This document shows positions 10,029-18,965 of a stretch of 64,000 nt of DNA, in pieces (positions within the stretch are counted from its first letter, which is position 1; each line of letters starts with the position of its first letter). The stretch covers positions 9,894 through 73,893 of the forward strand of contig CAYTWA010000002.1 of assembly GCA_964441955.1 (NCBI GenBank), in the 5' to 3' direction. This DNA comes from an uncultured Elusimicrobia bacterium (GTDB lineage: Bacteria > Elusimicrobiota > Elusimicrobia > 2-01-FULL-59-12). The notes below the pieces were generated by a model. The model ran no database searches. It was not told where the DNA came from and saw nothing but the letters and a program-made list of their open reading frames with translations. The position numbers and the translations under genes were made by a program.

Positions 10029-11182
10029 TGGTGGTGGACGATGAGGCCGACATGCGCATGGCGCTGCGACTCTTTCTTCAAAATAGCGGCCACGAAGTCG
10101 AAGAAGCGGAAAACGGCGAAGCCGCTTTGGCGAACCTTTCAAACGGTGCTTCTTACGATTTAGTTCTCATGGACATGCGCATGCCCGGGATGGACGGGCT
10201 CCAAACGCTGACGAAGCTGCGCGAAACGAAAAAAGATTTACCGGTGATCATGGTGACCGGCTACGGCAGCGTTGACCAAACAGCCGAAGTGCTCGAAAAA
10301 GGCGCCAACGGCTACATCACCAAGCCTTTCCAACACCAGGAATTGCAGGATGCCATGAGCCGAGTGGGCCTGGTATCGCAAGGAAGCGATGAAGCGAGTA
10401 AGCGTGTCAGCACAGACGGGACTAACTCGCCTAATCGCTCACTTGCTCACTCGCGCCGTTGGATAACGCTTGGCTCCGTCGCTCTTGCGATCATTGGTTT
10501 TAGCTGGCAGCGCGGATGGCTGACCAATGACGATTTTAAGCTGGCCTATTCCAACCCCGTCGACATGACCTGGAATGCAGGAAAACTCTGGGTGGGGGAT
10601 TGGTTTACACAATCCATTTATATTCACGACATCGCCAAATCGGGCGCACCCATTGTTAAAACCTATTATTTGCCCGATGTGCATGTGACTGGCGTGGCGG
10701 TGGCGGGGGATCGCCTCTACACCTCGGACTCCTGGGATAAGAAAATCCGCCGGCATAAAATGGACGAATACTTAACGATTGAGGCTGTCCTTCCCGCCCC
10801 GGGTCAAAATCCGACGAGCCTCTTTTTTGATGGGAAATATCTGTGGTCGATGGACTCGAAGGCCGCCCGAATTTATCAGCATCGCCTGGATGAAAAACTG
10901 ACTGTTGTGGCCGATTATAAAGCCCCGGGATCGGCGCCGGTCGGGTTTTTCAAAGATGAAAAGTTTGCCTGGGTGTCCGACAGTCAAACCCGCCGGCTTT
11001 ATAAGCTGCGTCTGGATGACCAATTAACGACACTCGAGTCCTATACGATTTCCGATCTGGAAGCTCGCCGCGAACCCCTGTCTTGTTTCCGCTGGATTAA
11101 CGGCAACCTTTGGTTTGCCCGCGACCGGCTCGGAACAATGTTCAAGCGAACCCCTCGCAGCCTAAAGCTAGCCGCGAAGTAA
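10016..11182 (+). CDS. Response regulator with N-terminal REC domain (D-D-...-K motifs: VVDDEADM, LVLMDMRMPGMDG, ITKPF), one predicted TM helix (WITLGSVALAIIGFSW) and a C-terminal ~230-aa domain of four to five ~42-aa repeats (..SDSWDKKIRRHKMD / ..MDSKAARIYQHRLD / ..SDSQTRRLYKLRLD) resembling beta-propeller blades
   Basis: Start ATG overlaps the stop of the giant kinase by 13 nt (translational coupling). The CheY-like receiver motifs are clear. The repeat periodicity was read from the sequence. Confidence 0.8.
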   Translation: MGRVMVVDDEADMRMALRLFLQNSGHEVEEAENGEAALANLSNGASYDLVLMDMRMPGMDGLQTLTKLRETKKDLPVIMVTGYGSVDQTAEVLEKGANGYITKPFQHQELQDAMSRVGLVSQGSDEASKRVSTDGTNSPNRSLAHSRRWITLGSVALAIIGFSWQRGWLTNDDFKLAYSNPVDMTWNAGKLWVGDWFTQSIYIHDIAKSGAPIVKTYYLPDVHVTGVAVAGDRLYTSDSWDKKIRRHKMDEYLTIEAVLPAPGQNPTSLFFDGKYLWSMDSKAARIYQHRLDEKLTVVADYKAPGSAPVGFFKDEKFAWVSDSQTRRLYKLRLDDQLTTLESYTISDLEARREPLSCFRWINGNLWFARDRLGTMFKRTPRSLKLAAK

Positions 11183-11267
11183 AGGCAAGACCCTTGCGTC
11201 ACTATTCCCATAAATACACACCCAAATAGCCCAGTGATTTACCGTTAGAGATGGAATAAACTATCGC

Positions 11268-14200
11268 ATGCGCGCTGTTTGCAATATAGGAATTATTTTT
11301 TGCTTGTTTGTTCAAGCCATCGATGGCGCACCTGGCGACTTCCGGTCGCCGGTCCGGCGTGATCCAACGGCTCTCCCCGCTTGGACCGTTCAAGCTCTGG
11401 CCTTAGAAAGCATCGCGGGCTTTTTTGGGCGTCTATTACCCCGAACGCCGCGTTACGTCCTATTAAAAGGACTTAGGCCAAACCCAGACCTGTTGCCCGT
11501 CATCGAAGGCCCGGGTCGCTTACACCCCGAGGCGCTAACAAAAGCGTTTGAAGAATATGCGAGGAATGTAGAGGAGGTCGGGTCGGACGCTTCGAATGCG
11601 TTTCCTCAAACCGCGTCCGCGCCGTCGAGCGCATTTTACGGGGTCATGCATTTCTTGAATAATCCACAACCCTTCAAAGACGAACAAGCCCGCTTTTTAG
11701 CGGCGCTTCACACGATCATCCAAGCCGACATGGGTGGCCATCCAAATTTCGACGGCATTTGGAAGGACGTAAAGTCTCATCTTATCGCGGTGCCCCCGGA
11801 AGGCTTGCACGTGACGCTGGCCGCACTGGCTAACGGGAAGAGCGATTTTCGCTCCATGAAATACTGGGTTTACCGTTACCAAATTGGGCAGTGGCTAAAT
11901 CGCCTGGGACCCTTTTTCCCGGAAAGCCATTGGCATTATGCCGGGGATATAAAGTTTTTTGATGCCTCCATCCCAGCTGTAGCCGCTGTCTTACGCCCGA
12001 ATTCGCCCGAGGATTTATTTACATTTCGTTCATTGGGAACAGCTATCGCTGGAAAATTATCACTCCGGTCCCATCTTGTCCATGTGACTCTATATTATGT
12101 GGACTATTCTTTACCCACGCCGAGCCATGCGAAGGAGTGGAGTGAGCAGCAGTTAAGACTTTGGATCAACGCGGCGGTTTTGAAATGCTCTGGCGACACA
12201 GTTAGCCCTGCCGCATTGGCCATCGATTCCATCACGCCAACAGCCTCCACAGCCCTAAATCAACTTCATCCTGACAAGCCAATCAAACTGAAAGATCGTC
12301 AAACCTTCGAAGATGCCGTTGCTAAAGGGAAAGCCGCCCTCGCTCGCGCGCTCATGCCTGGCGATTACCCGCAGGCGCTAGTGGCCGTGCTGGGGCTTTT
12401 TTACCAATACCATTTAAGCGACTTAAACGCCTTATTTATCGCCGTGGCGGAGGGGAAAATACCCATTTGGCGTATCGAACGACTTTTGTCAAGCCGTAAA
12501 ATGCTCGGTGTTGAGCTCCGGGAATGGAAGCCGTTGACAGGCACGGCGACAGCGAAAATTCGGGTGCGTCACGACCACCCGGGGCTATCGCTGGCCATTT
12601 CGCATACGATAGACCAGTCTCACGGTGTCGTGTCCCGTATGGGTAACGGAAAACAATTTGAAATTGTAATCGATCAAATTCAGGACGAGAATGAACTTCG
12701 GCAGCTAATGGCAGCGTTGAGCCAAATCCCGGACGTCGGCGTCCGGTTTTTCTGGCAATGGCCGATCTTGCACCGGATCCGAAATGCTCTCCATGGGACG
12801 ACAAGCGTTCGATTGACTGCGCTGCTCCCCACCCACCAAAAAGAAGCAGGGCAAATGAGTCAAAAAACTCGGTTATTACAGGCTCTGCTGGCGTTGGATC
12901 CAAATGCCAATTTAACGCATTTAGAGGTGGAGCGTCGCCCGCCTCTGGGGACTCAGCTTGAAATGAGCATCGATATTCGATCAGCCGTTGCGCCCTTTCT
13001 CGAAGAAACCTTGAACCGGGCTCTTGGCATCAAGGCGGTCCAATCCGTGCAAACGAATCACGATCGGCGCGGCCTGTCATCTCAATTGTCAGATTGGATC
13101 TGGTCCGATGGCTATGCGCTAATTCTTTTTAGCAGTTTGGCTTTGGCATTGCTGAGCAGCTTATGGGTTTTCGCCGCGTTTGGCCCAGACGGGATATTCG
13201 CGTATGGGAGTTTGTTGTTAAGCCCAATTTTGGCGCACCTCTACGTTTATGCGAATTTGCTGCAGCTAAAAATTTATCCTTCGGACAATTTGTCTCCTGG
13301 CCGCCTGGAAGATGCCCGGTTACCAGCCGTATGGCGGCAATGGGGATGGTCCGATCATGCCGCCTTATCCGTATCTTTCTTTTGTCTTCCATGGGTGGGT
13401 TACCTCGTAGCCGCCATTCCTTTTTTTCTCCACTTTCCAACCTGGCCCGGCGCCGCGATGGCGGTTGGACTACTAAGTTCTCTGGCTTTTCCTTTATGGA
13501 TTGGAGACTCGCTCCATCGAAGCGCCGTTTGGGCCATGTATTATGAAAAAGATCAAATCTTGGGGCGACTTAAGCGGTCAAGCCCGATTCGTGTCGGCGA
13601 CTTGTTGATCTTGGACGCCTCCCATCCCCTTAAACCCTCCGTCGTAGTGCTCCTGCCGCTCGATGGAGTACGCGTGCAGGACGATGACTCAAACAAGTTT
13701 TACGAGATCCGGGTTTGCTTTATGCCGAACAACTTCGTCCCATGGGAGCTTAAAGTTTACGAGGGTAAGAAGTGTATTCAAAGAATTGATTTGGAATTGG
13801 ATTACGAAAAGGAGCAGCTCTTGGTTCGGGGTTGGTTTAAGCTCGAAGACGATAAGGATTTCTCCAGCATGATTTTAAAAGTCCTTCATGAAAAAATGCC
13901 GGAGGGTTTTCGACTTTCGGGACCTTGGGAATACAGGCGAAAGGGCGCTTCCAACCCATCATCATCGTCATGGTTGGAGTCCTGGTGGCGTGCTCGTCCA
14001 TGGATGGGTCCCGAAGGGCTTATTTTTATCGACGAAAGTGCGCGGTTGGTACGAATAGACCATTCAAGAGATTTGACCGAGGAAGATATTTGCCGGATCG
14101 AAACCACCTTCTTCAGAGGGTACTTTCAAGAGGTGGGCGACGAGGCACCGCGATCCGTTAAACTATTGACGAGCTTGTGGTTGCGGCTTGGGCTGGTGGA

Positions 14201-14774
14201 CGAAGTGTCTTTGACGGATTACTTATTTAGTCTCGCCTCAACAAAACCCTCGAACGCAAATAAAGACACGTTTATCCGATTTATGAACGGCCAACACTTC
14301 ATCACGGGATTCAGACAAGGAAAACGCGACGTCGATCCCGCCACATTGACGTCGGACCCATCGTTGTTAAAAGAATTGGCCGCCCTCCAACCGGTCCAAC
14401 GTTATTGGCTCAGAACGCTCCTCGAGCGCGACGGTGTTGACCCGCGTGTAGCCGTTGGTTGGTTAACGCCGTCCATTTTTTTACATATGAATGAGCACAT
14501 TGAAATTATTCAGAAGGATGGTCGTTACCTTTTGAGATTATTGGGATTTATTTCGGGGGACGAGGGGAAATTCGCTCAAGCACTCTATGCGGGACATATC
14601 GAAGACAAGCCTCTCAACCTAAGAAAAGTGTCCGAGCGAAGGCGCTTCTTTCAACGTGTGAAACCAGATCAAATATCCACAGAAGCCCTTGCTTTATGGG
14701 CCGACGTCCTTCGTTGGATAAACCAATACGGATTTAAACCCGTTTCCTACTGGAAAACGACCACGGCCGCCTAA
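11268..14774 (+). CDS. Orphan 1,168-aa protein with a possible N-terminal signal/anchor (IGIIFCLFVQAI), a central cluster of 4-5 TM helices (aa ~610-760) and a ~400-aa C-terminal soluble region. The gene is markedly lower in GC (~45%) than its flanks.
   Basis: Long uninterrupted ORF. The GC drop is visible by eye (e.g. 12000-12120, 13700-13900). I recognise no domain signatures. Confidence 0.6.
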   Translation: MRAVCNIGIIFCLFVQAIDGAPGDFRSPVRRDPTALPAWTVQALALESIAGFFGRLLPRTPRYVLLKGLRPNPDLLPVIEGPGRLHPEALTKAFEEYARNVEEVGSDASNAFPQTASAPSSAFYGVMHFLNNPQPFKDEQARFLAALHTIIQADMGGHPNFDGIWKDVKSHLIAVPPEGLHVTLAALANGKSDFRSMKYWVYRYQIGQWLNRLGPFFPESHWHYAGDIKFFDASIPAVAAVLRPNSPEDLFTFRSLGTAIAGKLSLRSHLVHVTLYYVDYSLPTPSHAKEWSEQQLRLWINAAVLKCSGDTVSPAALAIDSITPTASTALNQLHPDKPIKLKDRQTFEDAVAKGKAALARALMPGDYPQALVAVLGLFYQYHLSDLNALFIAVAEGKIPIWRIERLLSSRKMLGVELREWKPLTGTATAKIRVRHDHPGLSLAISHTIDQSHGVVSRMGNGKQFEIVIDQIQDENELRQLMAALSQIPDVGVRFFWQWPILHRIRNALHGTTSVRLTALLPTHQKEAGQMSQKTRLLQALLALDPNANLTHLEVERRPPLGTQLEMSIDIRSAVAPFLEETLNRALGIKAVQSVQTNHDRRGLSSQLSDWIWSDGYALILFSSLALALLSSLWVFAAFGPDGIFAYGSLLLSPILAHLYVYANLLQLKIYPSDNLSPGRLEDARLPAVWRQWGWSDHAALSVSFFCLPWVGYLVAAIPFFLHFPTWPGAAMAVGLLSSLAFPLWIGDSLHRSAVWAMYYEKDQILGRLKRSSPIRVGDLLILDASHPLKPSVVVLLPLDGVRVQDDDSNKFYEIRVCFMPNNFVPWELKVYEGKKCIQRIDLELDYEKEQLLVRGWFKLEDDKDFSSMILKVLHEKMPEGFRLSGPWEYRRKGASNPSSSSWLESWWRARPWMGPEGLIFIDESARLVRIDHSRDLTEEDICRIETTFFRGYFQEVGDEAPRSVKLLTSLWLRLGLVDEVSLTDYLFSLASTKPSNANKDTFIRFMNGQHFITGFRQGKRDVDPATLTSDPSLLKELAALQPVQRYWLRTLLERDGVDPRVAVGWLTPSIFLHMNEHIEIIQKDGRYLLRLLGFISGDEGKFAQALYAGHIEDKPLNLRKVSERRRFFQRVKPDQISTEALALWADVLRWINQYGFKPVSYWKTTTAA

Positions 14775-14849
14775 GCCGTCTTCACTCCATGCGAGAGATT
14801 CGCGGATGACGACAAGGCGTTTAAGTAAGTTTTGTCTAACAGGCAGAAC

Positions 14850-15641
14850 TTAGGAAGGATTCGAAATTTCGGCGTCGGATAACGACGGGAAGGTGAGGGT
14901 GACGGTGGTTCCTATTTTGGGGATGCTTTGGAACTGGGTTTGCGCGTGGTGCTGTTCGATGATGCGTGCGGCGAAGAAAAGCCCGAGGCCCACCCCGCCT
15001 GGTTTTGTGGTTTTAAAAAGGGTTTTCCCGGGCTTTGGGAGTTTAAGGCCCGGCCCGGTATCCCTAATGAGAATTTGGACGGACCCCTTATTCGTCACCT
15101 GCGTCGACAACGTCAGTGTTCCGCCGGGAGTCATGGCCTCGATGGCGTTGACCGCGTAATTAAGGACCGCCTGTTCTAAGAGCTCCGCTTGAAAGAAAAC
15201 GTCCGGGAGTTTGGCTTCTTGGTGTTTTTCAAAGTGCAGACCTTTACGTTTGCAAAGTTCCTCCGCGTAGTCGGCCGCCGCGTTGACCACCGGGTTGATG
15301 GATCCGCAGTTCATCGGCGGTTGTTCCCCTTTGGCATAAAGCAGTAAATGGCTGACGATGCGCGAAAGCTTTCCGGCGCTTCGTTCAATCAAATCCAACG
15401 GCTGACGCTGCTCCGGGAGCAGTCCTTTTTGCCCCCGCAGTAATTCGGTGGTCGTTTGAATGGTTTGAAGCGGGGAGCGGAATTGGTGAACGAAGCCAGC
15501 CACCATCCGCCCGAGTGTCTTCCATTTTTCAACTTCAAGAGCAGCGGCAGAGGGAGTGAGAGTCAAGGTAGATTTCTTTTTAAAAAAAATTCCTTGACAC
15601 CCTCTCCCTCTGCCCTTGCTCTTCACGGTGTGATTGCCCAT
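14850..15641 (-). CDS. Soluble, sensorless histidine kinase: HisKA (FVHQFRSPL) + HATPase_c (N-box AVNAIEAMTPGG, G1 IRDTGPGL, G2 GGVGLGLFFA). The N-terminus contains an in-frame palindromic element.
   Basis: Motifs are present in the translation. The start ATG at 15639-15641 overlaps the stop of the upstream cNMP-patatin gene by 1 nt. Confidence 0.8.
   Translation of the reverse strand: MGNHTVKSKGRGRGCQGIFFKKKSTLTLTPSAAALEVEKWKTLGRMVAGFVHQFRSPLQTIQTTTELLRGQKGLLPEQRQPLDLIERSAGKLSRIVSHLLLYAKGEQPPMNCGSINPVVNAAADYAEELCKRKGLHFEKHQEAKLPDVFFQAELLEQAVLNYAVNAIEAMTPGGTLTLSTQVTNKGSVQILIRDTGPGLKLPKPGKTLFKTTKPGGVGLGLFFAARIIEQHHAQTQFQSIPKIGTTVTLTFPSLSDAEISNPS
15547..15613. repeat. Palindromic element copy A: arms GCAGAGGGAGTGAGAGTCAAGG / CCTTGACACCCTCTCCCTCTGC, core TTTCTTTTTAAAAAAAA. 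Lies in-frame within the 5' end of the small HK gene on the - strand (encodes KSKGRGRGCQGIFFKKKSTLTLTPSAAA).
   Basis: 22-bp imperfect inverted repeat. No stop codons in the HK frame. Confidence 0.75.
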
Positions 15642-17641
15642 TAGTACGCCCGCAGCGAGATGCCCAGCGGTACTTTGCAGTGGTCCGAAAAAAACGGCAG
15701 CAGGCTCTTGATTTTAGGCAGCGCTTCTTCCGCGGCGACGATGCCGGACTTTAAAATGTCATCCGAGCGGTGAAACTCCGTCCAGTTGTAGTCGCGTAAA
15801 TCCGGGGCAATTACGATGTGGGCAATTTCGACGCGCGCCTGGGCGATTTCGTATTGCATGGTGTAGAGCATCTTGAAAAACACTTCGGCCATATTCGGCG
15901 CCTCGGGTACGAGCGGCAGTATTTTCCGGCGCCCGGGAATTTTGCGAAGGGATGGCTTGGCCGTGAGATTGACTGAAATCAAAATGTCTGCGCCCATGTT
16001 GGACACAATGGAGGTAGGAACCGGGTTGACGAGCCCGCCATCCACCAAATAACGATCCCCGTATTTAAAGGGTTGGAAAAGAATCGGCAAGGATGTCGAC
16101 GCGCGCACGGCGTCGGCCACGCGGCCTTCGCGTAAAACCACCTCCTGTCCCGTGCGAATGTCGGTCGCTACGGTGGCAAAGGGGATGCGGAGTTGGTCGA
16201 ATTCAACGGTGCCTAAAACGCTGCGCAAAAATCCCGAAAGCGTCTGGCCGGCCATAAACCCCGAGTGGGGAAATGTGAGATCCCCAAACATGTTTTTTAA
16301 AAGCCATTTTTTCGTAATGCTGCGTGAGATGTCTTCAATTTTTGAGGGGGAATGGCCGGCGCAAAAAAAAGATCCTAGGAGTGCGCCCATGGACGTCCCG
16401 GCAACCACATCGATGGGAATGCCTTCCCGTTCAAAAATTTTGAGAATCCCCACGAGCGTATAACCAAACGCGGCCCCCGACCCCATGGCCAGGCCGACTC
16501 GCAGTTTGCCGAGTGCGCGCGCCACGCGTTCCAAGGCTTCAATGGCGGAGCCGCCCTGGTCGTGGGTTAAGTAGGGGGTCCCGGTGGCACGAAAAGGCTG
16601 ATGAAACGCTTCGCTCCAGGGGACGCGAAAATTGGCTTTAAAAGCGTTGCGGGACGAGGGATGGTGCAGATAAACCGTCGTAAACGGCACGGTTTCGTTA
16701 TCGGCCAACATACGCAGACGAGGCAAAGAAGTGTCCGCCAGCTCAATGGCTTGGTCCCATACGATGCCTAACGCCCGGTCGGATTCGCGCATCAAGATTG
16801 GAATCAAATCGTCTTCTTCCGTGGGGCTAACCAAGAGGGCAAAATCGTAATGGTCCTTAAGCAAACCCAAGAGCGAGGGAACAACGCCCAGCAAATGCTC
16901 TTTGACCAATTTGGGGTGAAGCGACAGCACTTCAAGTCCGCTGGGATGAACGGTGATCACCTGCCTAAGCGCGTGGATGTCGAGGAAATCTTGCTCACGA
17001 AGCATCGCATCCATCGACATCGGAGGGTTTAAGCCCAACGAGCGCGCCATATCCCCGCTGCGTGCGGTCAAGTCGACCAAAATCACTTTGCGGCGCGTTT
17101 GCTCGACGAGGGCCATCGCCAAATTGACGGTGGACAGAATCAGCGCCTCGTGCGGAAGTGCGGGAAACACCATGATGCGCTGCGGTTCTTTCGGTTTGTC
17201 GTGCGGCGGATGAAAGGATACCGCCAGGCGTTTGGACAGGGCGCGCGAAAGGTGAATGCCCACCAGCGGATGCGCTTCCAAAATTTGATCGAACTCGGAT
17301 TTTCCCAACGTCAATAGTTCGCAGGCGGTATCGGCCACCGCGCTAAAAGGATAGGGCTCTCCCGTTAAAAGCGAAAGTTCTCCCACGGCATCGCCTCGCC
17401 CTAAATACGCCACGGTGTTTTCTCCTTCCTTGCCAAACTGCGACGTGATACGGATGCGTCCAGACTTGATTAGAAAGAGCGCTTGGCCGGGGTCTCCTTC
17501 GCGCAAGATGGTGGCGCTGCGGTCGATTGTCAAGGACTGAAGCTTGCCGACGAGTTCCATGAGCACATCGTCCCCTAGAGGACTAAAGAGGGGGTTGCGT
17601 TTTAGAAAATACAATCCATCGCTGCGGTTCTGGCTATCCAC
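15641..17641 (-). CDS. Cyclic-nucleotide-binding domain (..GELSLLTGEPYPFSAVA) fused to a patatin-like phospholipase (GTSMG nucleophile elbow, DGG catalytic Asp motif YLVDGGLVNPVP). Bacterial NTE-like lipase.
   Basis: cNMP-binding and patatin GxSxG/DGG signatures read in the translation. Confidence 0.85.
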   Translation of the reverse strand: MDSQNRSDGLYFLKRNPLFSPLGDDVLMELVGKLQSLTIDRSATILREGDPGQALFLIKSGRIRITSQFGKEGENTVAYLGRGDAVGELSLLTGEPYPFSAVADTACELLTLGKSEFDQILEAHPLVGIHLSRALSKRLAVSFHPPHDKPKEPQRIMVFPALPHEALILSTVNLAMALVEQTRRKVILVDLTARSGDMARSLGLNPPMSMDAMLREQDFLDIHALRQVITVHPSGLEVLSLHPKLVKEHLLGVVPSLLGLLKDHYDFALLVSPTEEDDLIPILMRESDRALGIVWDQAIELADTSLPRLRMLADNETVPFTTVYLHHPSSRNAFKANFRVPWSEAFHQPFRATGTPYLTHDQGGSAIEALERVARALGKLRVGLAMGSGAAFGYTLVGILKIFEREGIPIDVVAGTSMGALLGSFFCAGHSPSKIEDISRSITKKWLLKNMFGDLTFPHSGFMAGQTLSGFLRSVLGTVEFDQLRIPFATVATDIRTGQEVVLREGRVADAVRASTSLPILFQPFKYGDRYLVDGGLVNPVPTSIVSNMGADILISVNLTAKPSLRKIPGRRKILPLVPEAPNMAEVFFKMLYTMQYEIAQARVEIAHIVIAPDLRDYNWTEFHRSDDILKSGIVAAEEALPKIKSLLPFFSDHCKVPLGISLRAY

Positions 17642-17666
17642 GGGGGGCCTCGCTATAATCCGCCGG

Positions 17667-18965
17667 ATGAAATTTCAATCGATCCGCGGCACCAAAGACA
17701 TGCTGCCCGCCTTTGCCTTGGGGGCTGCGGCCGGCGGTCCCTCCGACGCCGAGGCCGCTCAGCGATTGGAAAGCGGCGCGCGCGAAGTCTTTCGCCGTTT
17801 TGGTTTTCATGAAATTCGCACACCCACGTTTGAAGCTCTCGAATTGTTCCAGCGCTCGCTGGGCGAAACCACCGATGTCGTGCAAAAAGAAATGTATGCG
17901 TTTGAGGACCGCGGGGGCCGAAAACTAGCCCTGCGACCTGAAGGTACGGCGGGAGTCGTACGCGCTTTCATCGAGCATCATTTATCTCAAACGGCTCCAT
18001 TTTGCAAGCTGTTTTACATAGGCGCTATGTTTCGAGCCGAGCGCCCGCAAGCGGGTCGCTACCGAGAGTTTTGGCAGGTGGGGGCGGAAGCTTTCGGCAA
18101 CGCCGCCCCGGCAGCTGACGCCGAAATGCTCTTGATGCTGCAATCGCTGTTTGAGGCCTTGGGGCTTCAAAACATAGTTTTAAAAATCAACAGTTTGGGC
18201 GACAGTGCCTGTCGGCCGCAGTACCTTGAGGCGCTCAAGATCTATCTGCAAAGCAAAGCCTCCAGTCTCTGTGACGATTGTCAGCGCCGTATCGATAAAA
18301 ACCCGTTGCGCGCGTTAGACTGCAAAGTCGATGGGCAGAAGCTGCTCGACGCCCCTTTGATCGACCACTTCTGGTGTGAGCCGTGCCGCGCGCACTTCGA
18401 CCGAGTTAAAACCTATTTGGATGAGTCGAGGGGGCGCTATGAGGTGGTCCCTCGTCTGGTGCGGGGTCTTGATTATTATTCGCGGACCGTTTTTGAAGTC
18501 ACGTCTTCCGATTTGGGGGCTCAAGACGCTTTAGCGGCGGGGGGGCGTTACGATAAGCTCGTCAAAAATCTGGGTGGTCCGGATGTGCCGGCGATTGGTT
18601 TTGCGATGGGGTTGGAACGGGCGCTTGAAGCGATTAAAAAGTCAGGATCGGTGTCGGGACCAGAACCAAGGCACAAGGTGTTTGTCTGGGTGGCTGCGAT
18701 GGGTGAACGTCCGTCGGCCAAAGCGTTTGGGGTGCTGCAAGCGTTGCGCCGCGAGGGGGTTTCCGCCGATGGGGGATTCTTTGAAAAAAAGCTTGGGGCG
18801 CAGCTTCAAATCGCCGATAAAATCGGCGCGACCCACTGCGTCATTATCGGGGACGATGAAGTCAGTAAAGATGCCGCTACCGTTCGCTCCCTTAAAACCA
18901 GCACTCAAGAAAGTGTGGATTTTTCAAAGCTTTCAGGATATTTCCAGACCCTGTTGAATGCTTAA
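17667..18965 (+). CDS. hisS: Histidyl-tRNA synthetase
   Basis: Class II aaRS HisRS motifs (MKFQSIRGTKDMLP..., ...LRPEGTAGVVRAF..., GGGRYD). The start was moved to the ATG at 17667, because the track ORF from 17544 is an N-terminal over-extension. Confidence 0.9.
   Translation: MKFQSIRGTKDMLPAFALGAAAGGPSDAEAAQRLESGAREVFRRFGFHEIRTPTFEALELFQRSLGETTDVVQKEMYAFEDRGGRKLALRPEGTAGVVRAFIEHHLSQTAPFCKLFYIGAMFRAERPQAGRYREFWQVGAEAFGNAAPAADAEMLLMLQSLFEALGLQNIVLKINSLGDSACRPQYLEALKIYLQSKASSLCDDCQRRIDKNPLRALDCKVDGQKLLDAPLIDHFWCEPCRAHFDRVKTYLDESRGRYEVVPRLVRGLDYYSRTVFEVTSSDLGAQDALAAGGRYDKLVKNLGGPDVPAIGFAMGLERALEAIKKSGSVSGPEPRHKVFVWVAAMGERPSAKAFGVLQALRREGVSADGGFFEKKLGAQLQIADKIGATHCVIIGDDEVSKDAATVRSLKTSTQESVDFSKLSGYFQTLLNA

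Noticed and set aside
12436-12903. 155-aa antisense ORF inside the low-GC membrane-protein gene
   Set aside because: Embedded in the longer, continuous sense ORF. Arg/Pro/Gly-rich translation typical of spurious antisense frames.
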